Translations under genes and position numbers: made by a program | From: Macrostomum lignano | Lineage: Eukaryota | Direction: 5' to 3' | Assembly: GCA_002269645.1 (NCBI GenBank) | Contig: NIVC01000061.1 | Coordinates: 806,001 to 870,000, forward strand | DNA length: 64,000 nucleotides | Part shown: one piece after another, positions 1 to 22,083 of the stretch | How positions within the stretch are numbered: the stretch's first letter is position 1 | Layout: every line of letters starts with the position of its first letter | Notes under the pieces: model-generated | What the model saw: the letters and a program-made list of their open reading frames with translations, nothing else | The model's database searches: none | Told to the model about the DNA's origin: nothing

Positions 1-700
1 TTGGGCACTTCTTCTCCTCTTGTCTCTGTTCTCGATGCATCCTGGTGTTGTGAATCTTCAGTCCCGTGTGAGTCTTGAACTCTCTGTTGCAGATGATGCA
101 GTATCTGTCCTCTGTTTGACGTCCTGTTTGTTCCCTTGGCATGACTGTGTTCTTGTTCATTGCTTTCATCTCTTCCCATTTTGATATGTGCTCCACTCTT
201 GCTTTGACTGCCGTTTTCCAAGATCCTCGGTCCCTTGCGATCTGCTCGATGTCGTCCGGTTCGTATCCAGCTTTTCGTATTACTTTTCGCCAGTAGTCTA
301 TGGTTGTTTGTTTGCGCTTTCTCACTGTCGTCCTTGGTAGTCTTCTCTTTGGCCAGCCCAGAGTTACCTGCTTCGTGATCCGGAAGTTCTCCATGCGGAG
401 CAGGTGGCCGATCCTTTCCAGCGTTCTGATTTCGATTTTACTTTCGATGCTCCTTACTTGTAGTTGTCCACGTACTTCGAACATGTTCACTCCCCATTCT
501 TCCATCTCGCGTAGGGGCTGTTTTGCTGCTCCAGATGTACCGATGGTATCTTGTCATTTTGATGTTAGAGTGAATCAGCCGCTGCAGATCTTTACATCGG
601 TTTTGGCCTCCTTTGCATTTGCTGCTCCCTTTTTGTTTCCGCACAGCCGAGGCGTGCGGTCTACGCTTGCTACCGCTAGAAGGTAGGTGCAGCATGAGCA
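1..700 (-). mobile_element. RTE-like non-LTR retrotransposon, 3' part of ORF2 (post-RT region plus C2H2 finger), 5'-truncated, runs off window start
   Basis: Manual minus-strand translation gives ...IESKIEIRTLERIGHLLRMENFRITKQVTLGWP...YWRKV...DRGSWKTAV...YCIICNREFKTHTGLKIHNTRMH...KKCP. This matches the RTE-type GHxxRM / DRxxW C-terminal motifs followed by a C2H2 zinc finger. Confidence 0.75.
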
Positions 701-719
701 AGCGGATCATGACTCACCA

Positions 720-1855
720 GCCTCCGCCAGCGGCCTCATCATCATAATCATCATCTTCTTCTTCTTCATCTTTTTCTTCTTCTTCTTCTTTTTCTTCTTC
801 TTTTTCTTCTTTTTCTTTTCTTCTTTTTCTTCATCTTCTTTTCTTCTTTTTCTAATTGCCGTTCTCGCTTTTCGGCTTGGCTCCCTCAGGGCCCTCCGCA
901 TGTCCTCTAGTGTCTCGTCATGTTGGTTGCCGATAGGTTCTTTCTGCAGAAATCACAGCTCTTTGTTTTCGCTCGATACTTCCTTGGTGGAGTGGTCTGC
1001 GTTTCCTGTGCTACTTCCGGTGCCTGATCAGGTTGGACGTCCTTACTCTCTTCCCGCACTTCTCGCACGCCGTCTTCCCACTGTCTTCCGGTTCTCCTCT
1101 ACAGCTCTTTCTATGATTTTTTATCGTTGCTTCTTGTGCAAAGGTTTTGCTGCATTTGCTACATTCGAATTGTACCTGCATGCCCTTGACGCGGTGTATT
1201 CTTTTTGCCATGTATTGTGAGTCCTGCTTTGCTCCTACAGATTTTCTCACACCCTTCATATTCGCATTTGAAGTCCGTTCTCTCTTCTTTCTCTTTCTTT
1301 CTCTCTCTAGGTTTCGCTTCTGGCTTCTCCTCCGTTTCTTCTGGTGGATGGGACCTCTGTAGCGGATTGCTGTCCCTTTCGCCTTCGATCCCCTTAGCTC
1401 GACTCCTCTCCCATTCTTGCATCTCTTTCGTTCTCGTTTCCACAATGGATTTCCACTTCATCGAGTGCTCCTGATTCCCTCCAGTTTCTTGCACCAGCCT
1501 AGTACTGCTTTCTTAGGCTGCCTCTCGTCTGGCATGCGTAACACGTGGCCGATACGAATGAAATGTGCTCGTTCGATCTTCACTCTCACTGATGCTAGGC
1601 CTAACTCGTTCCTAATGTCTTGCATATTAATGCCCTTCTTCTTTCATCTGTTACAGTAGTGTGCTCTCGATTACATGCTTCAACCACTCGGCCTAGCGTT
1701 CTTTTGGAGAGTCTACACTTTACGAAGCTCTCTTGCTCCTCTTGCTTCTGATCGTTGCTTTTTTCTTCGAAACGCAGCATCACCTCCTTTTTCATTGTTT
1801 CGAGACCGCCAGCCAATTCTCCGCGATTCCCGCGATTAGGGAAATAGAAGGGCAC
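720..1855 (-). mobile_element. Second degenerate RTE-like LINE 3' end with three C2H2-type zinc fingers and a GAA/GAT-rich tail
   Basis: Frameshifted pieces: DIRNELGLASVRVKIERAHFIRIGHVLRMPDERQPKKAVLGW; FKCEYEGCEKICRSKAGLTIHG(KRIH); FECSKCSKTFAQEATIKNHRKSC; CEKCGKRVRTSNLIRHRK* (stop 1011-1013). A purine-rich (GAA)n/(GAT)n tract follows at about 720-850. Confidence 0.72.
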
Positions 1856-2216
1856 AGTTGGCTGTGGGATTTGTCTCTGGGGGGGATAGACAGGTGACGT
1901 CTTTTTAATGAATTATTCAGCTGTACGCTGCGCTATTGCTCTGACGGGGCTCAAGGCTATAAAAATTAAAAAAAGTAAGTAAGTAAGGGGGCTAAGTAAG
2001 GTAAAAATATATTGACTGCGGTGCATTTGCTTGCAGTGCAGGCAGTTGGACAGTATTTATAGTTTTTGACATCCCAACTGAGAATCATCGGTCGGCCTCT
2101 CTCCTTCCCAGCTCTCTCCAGCTTCTCCGAGCCCAACCCTACTCCAAGGCAACAGTTTATCGACTAGTCCTGTTGCGCCATGTTGCGCACGACGTATAAA
2201 CCGATCCATTTAGTGT

Positions 2217-3310
2217 GGCCTGAGTCCTCCTGTCAGAAACAATGGTGTCGGGGCTGAAGACAAGGGAGCCGAGGTAGCGGAGGTCCTCGCACACCTTGAC
2301 GACTTCTCCATTTGTAAGAGCTAGCGCAGGGTTAGTTGCAGTGCCCACGTGGAGCACCTCAGTCTTGAATGCGTTGATCACCAAGCCAACTCGGGTGCCC
2401 TCTTCGTAAAGTCTAGACAGAGCCCGTTGGGCAGCAGCCGGATCGCGACACAGAAGGGCAATATCGTCATCATAGGCGAGAGCAGGCAGCGAGACGGCGG
2501 GATGTCGGGAGCTTCGGCGTGAGACCAGCACATAGCCATCATCTTCACGCTGGCATCGGCGAAGAACATAGTCTACCACAACAATGGAGAGTAGTGGAGC
2601 CAGCGTGTCGCCCTGAAGGACACCGGATGTTGTGCTGAATTCTTCAGTGGGGCCGTCGCTCGACTGAACAAACGCTCTTGAATCGCTGTACAAGTCCATC
2701 ACAGCAGCTATAAGTTCGGAAGGAACGCCATAGTAGGACAGAATCCATGGGAGTGCAGGTCCGTCAACTGAGTCGAACGCTTTGTGGAAGTCGACAAAAT
2801 CAATTGAGAGTGGAACGCTGGTGTGTCTTACAGGCTTCGATGATGCCACCACGTCTGAAACCACCACGCACGCTCAGGAGCGTCTTCAATTCAACCGCTC
2901 GCGACGGCCTAAATATGCGCCTTTTCCGCACTGCCGTTGAGCCGATTCTCCTATATGGCATGGAGGCTGTGCCAATGACTGCGACGCGACAGCAAGCCCT
3001 GGATGCTCACTACAGGTCGCTGCTCCGCTATGCCCTGAGCGTGCACTACCCTGATACTGTGCCGACCAGGGACCTGATGACTCGCGCTGGTGTTCCCGCG
3101 CTCAGCTGCACTATCCGTAAACGCCGTCAGATGTTACTTGGCCACTGCCTAAGAAGCCACAGCCGCGGTGAGCAAAATCCTCTGGCGCTGGCTCTCCTGC
3201 ATCAGCCCACTGAGCACCTGCGCCGTGGCCAAAGCCGAACTGCGTGACGCTAAATGACACGTTTCTGACTGACTTGCAGGCCATCGGGCTCAGCCCCCAG
3301 TCCGCCGTGA
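2217..3310. mobile_element. RTE-like LINE fragment with inverted 5' segment (RT core on minus 2867-2217; thumb/C-terminal region on plus 2867-3310)
   Basis: Minus: FVDFHKAFDSV, GVLQGDTLAP, LAYDDDIALL, GLVINAFKTEV, RYLGS, ending DRRTQA. Plus: RTLRSVF...RLFRTAVEPILLYGME...RRQMLLGHCLR, which is the sequence that normally follows directly in the same RT. Confidence 0.85.
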
Positions 3311-3314
3311 CTTG

Positions 3315-3593
<279 letters not shown>

Positions 3594-4167
3594 AAAGTTA
3601 ATTCAAAAGTTAGTTTACGACAACAAAAGGACAAAAAGCTGTCCTGAATTTGATATACTGTTTATTTTTCTATGAAAAAACTATTTACAACTTTCGGGAA
3701 AAAACTTTACGGTACGAATTTATCTGCATACTACTAGCTATTCTCGGATAAGTAGTATGCGGCACAAATATGAAATTAAATATTTGAGCAGGTTTTCAGG
3801 AAAAATAGCGAAATATTCCAGAAAAGTATGCATATTAGTAATTGATCGCAGCAATCACCTGTAGTTCAGTGCCTCTGTACAAAGTCGCGATTTGATGGTG
3901 CTGATAAAATAAATAAAAATGTTAAATAAAAATCGATATTATTCGCATTTTTTCGCCCGAAAAATAGTTCGCAAACTTGAGCACTTTTTTGCAAAATGGC
4001 AAAATTGACTCGATTATCGAATAAAAAATACAACAGGCAGTTCGGAATTGAAACTGGAACTGGAGGGGAACATGCGGTACTTGAGCCTATATTGGTTCCA
4101 TTTTAATACAAAATTTACAAACTTGAGTCGGGAATTGCTGAAGCAGCAATGACGTCACAGTCATCAA

Positions 4168-9406
<5,239 letters not shown>

Positions 9407-9420
9407 CTGGAGAGGAGAGA

Positions 9421-9855
9421 CGTGACGAGGTCGAGACGGGTCGCGTCCCAGGGTTTTATACGTAGCTGCAGTCCTCAGGGGCCTCTCGTCCAATGGCTCG
9501 GGAGGGGGTGGCTGAAGCTCGGGGGTGGCTGGCCTCTCTGCGTCTGTCTGTTCCGCCCGCGTCCCGCCTGTCCTTGTGGCTTTGCAAAGCGTTGCGCAAT
9601 AATATAAGGCGGGGAGAGGCAGGGAGAGGCCCTGGGGGTGAAATTTCCGATCAGAACCACGCGGTCGTTCCGTGCGTGTCCCGATTGGGATAAACTCGGG
9701 GGGCCCAGTCTATCCCCAATCCTCTCCCCCTCCCCCTATCCAGCGTGCGTCCCCGGTTGCCCTTCCCCTCCTCGAGAGTCTGGGCTAGGATCCCAGATCG
9801 TTTAGGGACGACCCGAACCTGACCTGCTCTGCCTCATCCGTGGTTGGCCGTCACA
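9421..9855 (+). mobile_element. Possible solo LTR
   Basis: GC-rich 435-bp block with ends (C)GTGACG...CGTCACA, CCAAT at about 9491 and a TATA-like ATAATATAAG at about 9600. No target-site duplication seen. Confidence 0.3.
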
Positions 9856-10546
9856 ACAGGGGATTCTGGAACTGAGGACCTGGATAGAATCTGGGGAGAA
9901 TTTCTACTTTTTTATACCTACAATTTAGCGGAATCTTGAAATTGAATTTTTTGTAAAAATCTTGTTTTTCATAATACTTAGGTTTGATTTCGCCGAAAAG
10001 ATGATTTATGGTTTTAACTGCAATATGCTTAACTCTGTGCTTATGTTTTAACTCGGGTGACGTTTAGGCGTTGTGATGAGGTATGCGCGAGCCCTAAAAT
10101 GGGACTTAAAGCTCCAAATTCTCCCTTAGGGCCGCCTTAGCTAAGGGATGGAGGTTAGGGATTCTGCATTGGGGCTGAGTCATATAAGCTCGCGCTCTTC
10201 CATATCCCTGTGTGGTCTGAAGGAAAAATTCCTGAACAGAGAGTTTGGTTTGGCGAATGACGTCATGCAGCTAATAATAGGCTCAGTGCCCCGAGGGGGT
10301 GAAAAATTTGTTCTGTTGGGGATGCCTGCAGCGTACAAGGGATCTTCATCCCGAAAGCAAAATGCCGGGACGAGAAACGACCTTCAGTTGAACCCTGGGA
10401 GACACGCCGCCACAGGGCTGCCCCGTCGCAGGTTAGGGGAGTCGACCGGTTGAAGTGATGAGTAAGAGAAAAGCAAACTGTTTAGGGACAGGTCGTTGAG
10501 AGGCAGCTGGCGTGACCCCCGAGTGACCCGAAAGTCAGGCATGCCA

Positions 10547-10738
10547 ACTGACTGACTGACTGACTGACTGACTGACTGACTGACTGACTGACTGACTGAC
10601 TGACTGACTGACTGACTGACTGACTGACTGACTGACTGACTGACTGACTGACTGACTGACTGACTGACTGACTGACTGACTGACTGACTGACTGACTGAC
10701 TGACTGACTGACTGACTGACTGACTGACTGACTGACTG
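10547..10738. repeat. (ACTG)n microsatellite
   Basis: Direct reading. Confidence 0.97.
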
Positions 10739-11416
10739 CAACCTTTCTCTACTGAACCGTGTCGCTAAAGTTTTGGTTTTGACTGACTGAAAATAGAAAC
10801 TGGTGAATCCTTCTCCGCCTATTTTATATTACCAATCATGACAGAAACCTCAATCGTCAAAGGTTGACACGGTAAATAATGCTAATGCCATGCTGACGTC
10901 ATCGCAGCCACCCCCTCCCCCGAAAGAATCTTCACTCATGGCTAAACTGTTTGCTATCGCAATTAAGGTCAATGAAACCCCAGCTTTACACAGGCCAGTG
11001 ACACCTGCAGTGAATGGAATTATTATTCAAACTGCTCTGCGCCCACCTGTGACGGACGCAAGCGACATTCGCCGGATAAGAAAGGAGCACAAATCTTGAT
11101 AATTATTATTCTGTTTAGAGAGTTTGTTGAAAGTTTTCCGTAGACTAAAGATAACTGCCGACAGATCACGTGATGTCTGTATGGTCTTGTCAGTCGCGTG
11201 ATTTTATTTTATAAATTATAACGCAGAATTTCCATGACTATTAGTTAGAACACACTTTTGGGATTGTGAGAAAAACTACGATTACATGTAACTTGCTGCT
11301 TCTAAGAGAAATTGTGAGTTGGATTTTGATTTACAAAAAAATCAACGGAGAAAAAAGGGAGAGGTAGAAGGAGAGGGGAGGGAGGAGAGAGAGGGAGAGG
11401 GAGAGGAGAGATAAAG

Positions 11417-12172
11417 GTGCCCTCCCTCAGATGCCTTCACCCTCCCGCCTTAGATGCTTTCACCCTCCCCTCAGATGCTTTCACCCTCCCTCAGATGCTT
11501 TCACCCTCAGATGCTTTCACCCTCCCTCAGATGCTTTCACCCTCCCTCAGATGCTTTAACCCTCCCTCAGCTGCTTTCACCCTCCCTCAAATGCTTTAAC
11601 CCTCCCTCAGATGCTTTAACCCTCCCTCAGATGCCTTCAACGTCCCCTCAGATGCTTTCACCCTCCCTCAGATGCTTTTACCCTCCCTCAGATGCTTTAA
11701 CCCTCCCTCAGATGCTTTCACCCTCCCTCAGATGCTTTCACCCTCCCTCAGATGCTTTCACCCTCCCTCAGATGCTTTAACCCTCGCTCAGATGCCTTCA
11801 GCGTCCACTCAGATGCTTTCACCCTCACTCAGATGCTTTAACCCTCCCTCAGATGCTTTAACCCTCCCTCAGATGCTTTCACCCTCACTCAGATGCTTTA
11901 ACCCTCCCTCAGATGCTTTAACCCTCCCTCAGATGCTTTAACCCTCCCTCAGATGCTTTAACCCTCCCTCAGATGCTTTCACCCTCACTCAGATGCTTTA
12001 ACCCTCCCTCAGATGCTTTAACCCTCCCTCAGATGCTTTCACCCTCACTCAGATGCTTTAACCCTCCCTCAGATGCTTTAACCCTCCCTCAGATGCTTTC
12101 ACCCTCACTCAGATGCTTTAACCCTCCCTCAGATGCTTTAACCCTCCCTCAGATGCTTTCACTCTCCCTCAG
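11417..12172. repeat. 20-bp minisatellite (ACCCTCCCTCAGATGCTTT[C/A]...)
   Basis: 20-nt period visible in aligned lines 11881-12160. Confidence 0.95.
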
Positions 12173-12607
12173 ATGGTTAATCTGTTAAAAAAGTCAACAA
12201 AATAAAACATAACGCTATAATAAAAGTACACAATAAAAATTATAATTCTAATAAACAAAATTTTATTTCAAATGTATTGTATGAATATATTTTAATAAAA
12301 ATATTTAAAAAGTTTCTTACGAATTAGAAATAGATAAAAAGTTATTGGACAACAAGTATGAAAACAGGATATACCAAAGCATTTAGTGAGAAGGCACTGC
12401 GGATCAGGTGGTCAAGCGCTAATTGCTAATTGTATTCACTGCAAAATGAATGCCTAATGAGTATTCAGAAAATTATCGCATAATTTGTTTTTGTTTGACA
12501 CTGTTGCCGTCATAGTTATAATATAATAATTAGTAGCTATGCGTTAAAGTTCTTATGCAATCAATGTGGCCACTGTCCATTGTCATGCAAGTGACATTCG
12601 TTCCTTA

Positions 12608-13578
12608 CTTCGGGTGTGTCATAAGTAATGTCACTGCAGGCTTCTGTCTAAAATATGTAGGCACATGGACTTGTGGGTAGTGTAGCTGCAAAGTATACTT
12701 AGTGAAGCAATAGCAGTGCATTTGAGACGTGCAAAGGTTGTTTATGGCCCAAGCTATCGCAAGAATACGCCAAGCAGATTTAGCAAGTGCAACGCGATGA
12801 AAAATCGTCTTTGCAGCGAACAAAAATCACCATGAATCTCGACATGACGCCTGCACCAAGCAGATCCGCAAGGTGTTCAGCAGGCGGGGCTTGAATGACA
12901 TCCCAAACTGCCTGGTTGCTGAGGATGAAAGCTGGCTCCACCTGGATGGCAAGGGCAGCAAGGCAGACAATCGCTGCTGGCTGGGAGCTGGGGACTCCAG
13001 GGCGACTGTGACCAGGAAGTCCATCTTGGACAAGAAGACCATGCTGCTGGTAGCCTTCACGCCAAATGAACGAGTCTCCATCTGTACAACTCCACCGAAC
13101 ACCAAAGTCGATGGCCAGTATTTTATCGACTTTCTCCGGCACACTGGAGACCTCTGGCGTAATCTCCGGTCAAATCCATGTCACCTGGACGAGGTTCTGT
13201 GACAGATGGACACCGCACGGCTGCACACCTGAAGGCTGTTTCGAATTTTCTGCCTGTACGGCGAGTGAATATGCTCTGACAGTCCCTACAGCCCGGACTT
13301 CAACTTGTGCAAGAGATTCCTGTTCAAATGGCTGAAGGCTGAATTTTCCAAGAAGAGTTTCGCAAACCATGAAGAGGTCAAACAGGCCGCGTTGCACTGG
13401 TTACGGCAGTTGGAGGAAAAACACCTGTAGGCTGAGGTGGACAAGCTGTATGAGCACTGCCAGGGGGTGATTGATATTGGGGGACTCTATGTTGTTGAGT
13501 GGTACAGTTTTGTTTATCTGCGATTGCAAGTTCGTCCGTTTTCACATCAGTGACATTACAATTATGACACACCCGAAG
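12608..13578 (+). mobile_element. Tc1/mariner DNA transposon, defective, with TIRs and TA target duplication
   Basis: TA|CTTCGGGTGTGTCATAA-GTAATGTCACTG at 12606 is the inverse of CAGTGACATTACAATTATGACACACCCGAAG|TA at 13549-13580. Internal broken transposase: LVAEDESW, QMDTARLH, PYSPDFNLC, with stops and frameshifts. Confidence 0.9.
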
Positions 13579-13595
13579 TACATCACTGCCTACAT

Positions 13596-14160
13596 ACTCG
13601 CTTACCCTCTCCCCTCGTGTCTCACCCTCTCCCATCGTGTCTCACCTCCTCTCCCCTCGTGTCCCACCCCCTCTCCCCTCGTGTCCCACCCTTTCCCCTC
13701 GAGTCTCACCCTCTCCCATCGTGTCTCACCCTCTCCCATCGTGTCTCACCCTCTCCCCTTGTGTCTTACCCTCTCCCATCGTGTCTCACCCTCTCCCATC
13801 GTGTCTCACCCCCTCTCCCCTCGTGTCCCACCCCTCTCCCCTCGTGTCCCACCCTCTCCCTTCGTGTCTCTCCCTCTCCCCTCGTGTCTTACCCTCTCCC
13901 CTCGTGTCTTACCCTCTTCCCCTCGTGTCTCACCCTCTCCCCTTGTGTCTCACCCTCTTCCCCTCGTGTCTCACCCTCTCCCATCGTGTCTCACCCTCTC
14001 CCATCGTGTCTCACCCTCTCCCATCGTGTCTCACCCTCTCCCATCGTGTCTCACCCTCTCCCATCGTGTCTCACCCTCTCCCCTCGTGTCTTTCCCTTTC
14101 CCATCGTGTCTCACCCTCTCCCCTCGTGTCTCACCCTCGCCCCTCGTGCCTCTCCCTTTC
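13596..14160. repeat. CT-rich about 20-bp minisatellite (CTCACCCTCTCCCATCGTGT)
   Basis: Direct reading. Confidence 0.92.
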
Positions 14161-14360
14161 CCTCTCTCTTCGTCTCTCCCTCTACCTCTTCCTCTCCCCC
14201 TGCCTCGTCTTTTCTCCTTCTCTTCTTTTCCTCGGTATCTCACTTATCAATCTCTCTATTTTATTGCCATTTCGCTAGTTCTTCGCAATCGTATTATTTT
14301 ATTTTTTCTCTTTCGGTTCCCGAGACGTCTGTCAGGCTGAGCAGTCCACCGGTGCTGGAG

Positions 14361-19133
<4,773 letters not shown>

Positions 19134-19319
19134 TTCGGTTTTCTCAAAATCAAACTCACAGAAAGAATTGTTGCACTGGTTGTTTTCTAAATTTTTCTTT
19201 ACAAGCCGATCATAGCTGGGTCCCTAATCCTGTTGAGCCTTCCGGATGAATGAATTGCAAAATAATCCACGCACTATCCCAGCCTCTCTTTACTGATGGT
19301 GTTTATTGGCTGGCAAACG

Positions 19320-19333
19320 GTTGCCATGGCAAC
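19320..19333. promoter_or_regulatory. Perfect palindromic RFX X-box GTTGCCATGGCAAC
   Basis: Exact consensus about 190 bp upstream of the ATG at 19133; function not shown. Confidence 0.45.
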
Positions 19334-19667
19334 TATATACTACAGACAGCTGCAGCCTCTGCTTCTACCTACTAAACATCGATTTTTTACCCTCATCCCA
19401 TCTCCCCATCGCCCTGTTCCTGCCTGGAATGGGTTTAATTTTTCAGCCCAGCCACTTCCTCAACATTCCCCCCAGTCCTGGCAAAAATCCTCTCTGCTCT
19501 GCTTCTCCGCATAAAACAGATGAAGCGGAGAGTCTGGAGAGGAGAGCCCGGTACAGCCGCCCGCCCAACCCCACTCAGGTCCTCCGCACCAGCAGCATCG
19601 CAATGCCAATCTGCTTAAAACAGTGCAGCCTCCCTGTTGCTACGGAACTGCATGTAACAGTATTGTA

Positions 19668-20239
19668 TGGGCCAACCCTGCCTCTGGCCAGACCCAACCC
19701 TGCCTCTTGGCAGACCCAACCCTGCCTCTGGCCAGACCCAACCCTGCCTCTGGCCAGACCCAACCCTGCCTCTGGCCAGACCCAACCCTGCCTCTGGCCA
19801 GACCCAACCCTGCCTCTGGCCAGACCCAACCCTGCCTCTGGCCAGACCCAACCCTGCCTCTGGCCAGACCCAACCCTGCCTCTGGCCAGACCCAACCCTG
19901 CCTCTGGCCAGACACAACCCTGCCTCTGGCCAGACCCAACCCTGCCTCTGGCCAGACCCAACCCTGCCTCTGGCCAGACCCAACCCTGCCTCTGGCCAGA
20001 CCCAACCCTGCCTCTGGCCAGACCCAACCCTGCCTCTGGCCAGACCCAACCCTGCCTCTGGCCAGACCCAACCCTGCCTCTGGCCAGACCCAACCCTGCC
20101 TCTGGCCAGACACAACCCTGCCTCTGGCCAGACCCAACCCTGCCTCTGGCCAGACCCAACCCTGCCTCTGGCCAGACCCAACCCTGCCTCTGGCCAGACC
20201 CAACCCTGCCTTTGGCCAGACCCAACCCTGCCTCTGGCC
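19668..20239. repeat. 22-bp minisatellite (ACCCTGCCTCTGGCCAGACCCA)
   Basis: About 26 near-identical units. Confidence 0.96.
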
Positions 20240-20899
20240 ATAGACAGCGGAATCGTGGCTGCCTGGTCTGTCGCTACCACAGATTCTATAAACACTAGAT
20301 GGCTCACTCAGCGAAAAATCTTGCTCCTAAACAGATCGTCTATGGTTGGAATCGCTATTTTTAGCCCTAGTGTTAAACGCCGGCTTTTAATGTGTTCTAT
20401 ACTCTTCTACTTTGTTCTATTCTTCTATAGCTATGGGAAGTGAAAGCGAGGCATTTACCTCAAAATTGCCGAACTTTTTGCCATAACGTTTGATAGAAAA
20501 ATCGAAGATGTCTCAAATTTCACACTGTCCTTCGTTTAGATAAAAGCAGCATACTGTGAAAAGCTGACGTCAATAGGACCTGCTTGTCACACGTTATACC
20601 ACAATTATCGGCACTTTAAAACAAAGGCATATCGTAAAGAAGTCTCTTAAAGTGCCGATAATTGTCGCATAAATTCTGATTGGAAAATCCTACTGCCTTC
20701 AGATTTTCACAACCTGGTGCCGTCATTTGTGGAGGTGGCTGGGTAAAACTGGAAGCCTCAGAATTTGTTGAATCAAAATTTATAGCGAAATTTCGGCACT
20801 TTCAAGGCGAAAATATGAAGCATTGAACAAACAGGAGATTTAAAGGCACTTTATTGTATACATTATATTTAAGATATATACTTTATATGGGTTGCAAAA

Positions 20900-21200
20900 A
20901 TATTTAAGCAGAAACAAAATTGTTTGGGCGATAAAGTTCATAATTTGCCCTGGCAACTCGCAACAGCGTATGCAGTAAGAAAGTGACACCCATTATTCGA
21001 AAAAAAGTGAAAACAGAGATACGATCGTGGGTAGGAAGAAGTGCACAACTATGAAGCAACGATGAGTACTTACAGGAGTTTAGTACGCCAATAACATGCT
21101 CGAAACAATGCATCTAACTATGCTTCCACTGTTGAAAAACTGCTTTGTGTCAAACTCTGGTTTTTATTGAGGAAATCGGTGCAGCTTGATAGGAGATCTA
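20900..21200 (-). mobile_element. Possible degenerate Harbinger/ISL2EU transposase C-terminal fragment
   Basis: HCFEHVIGVL...KYSSLLHS...RIMGVT weakly resembles the RIHVERVIG...KF.IL...V.VCC motif; heavily decayed. Confidence 0.3.
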
Positions 21201-22083
21201 GTTGTTGCAGGAGAAAGAACTGGGTGTGCTAGAATAAGTGAGAGAAAAGTTTTTTTGCTGGCTCTTTCTGTGGTCGCTACTAGTTTATTACAAAATATTA
21301 TATTATTAAATTAACAAAATGACTTCAAACTGACTACAAATTATTTAATTTTTTCGTTTTAGAGCAGGGGTCAGTTAACTCCAACACGCGGCCCGCTAAG
21401 CCTCTCCATCCGACCTTCGGGTCTTTTGAAACAATCCCGTCCGCCCAAGGTTTGTGTCTCTTCTCAGCTCTCTTCTCTCCTCTCTCGCCTCCCTCTCTCC
21501 TCTCTTGTCTCCTCTCTTCTCCCATCTCTCATCTTTCTAGCATCTATCTGATAGCAACCAATGTAGCTAGCGCACTATAGCAACCTCTTCTCTCTCCTCT
21601 CGTCTCTAATCTACTCTTTCCTCCTCTTTTCTCTCCTCTATTCCCTCTTCTTTCCTCTCACTCTCAGGCCGGTAGTCCTGAGCTTGAAATTGTACCATGA
21701 CTACGTGGCTATCGGGCGGGCTGATATTCGATTATTGCCATAGAGGATTTCATTTTGGCCCGAAAAGCCGGGCCGATAATGGATTATTTCCTTTATTCTT
21801 TCTCTTCTAGTTGACCTGTATAGTTTCTCACTAAATCATTATTATGTCTATGGTTGAAATGTGGGGGCTTCGCACCCACACCCCCATGCCCGTATTCATC
21901 AATGCAGCTCATGCGCTTGTACAACTCAGCCACATAGTCTATGGTACAATCACATTGATTGCAGCGAGGACATTCTAACCATTGACTCTGATGAATTAAA
22001 CGGCGTTTATCATGCATGAAATTCGATTGCTTATTTTCCGGGGGCATCCCATCTGATTGATACACATATAGGCTTAGACCATT

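Noticed and set aside
10140-10540. Ribozyme-like or LINE 5' UTR-like GC-rich segment (GTGATGAG...AAAC)
   Set aside because: Hammerhead or HDV stems could not be built by eye; needs an Infernal/RNArobo search.
19306-20443. Several 200-330-aa ORFs on both strands
   Set aside because: Products of the 22-bp minisatellite; no independent coding signal. A possible small exon at about 19517-19600 could not be supported.
21365-21400. hAT/Charlie-like terminus CAGGGGTC...GCGGCCCGC
   Set aside because: No matching opposite end or 8-bp TSD found.
21793-22065. 90-aa Cys-containing minus ORF
   Set aside because: No recognisable domain, splice context or codon bias; probably repeat-derived.
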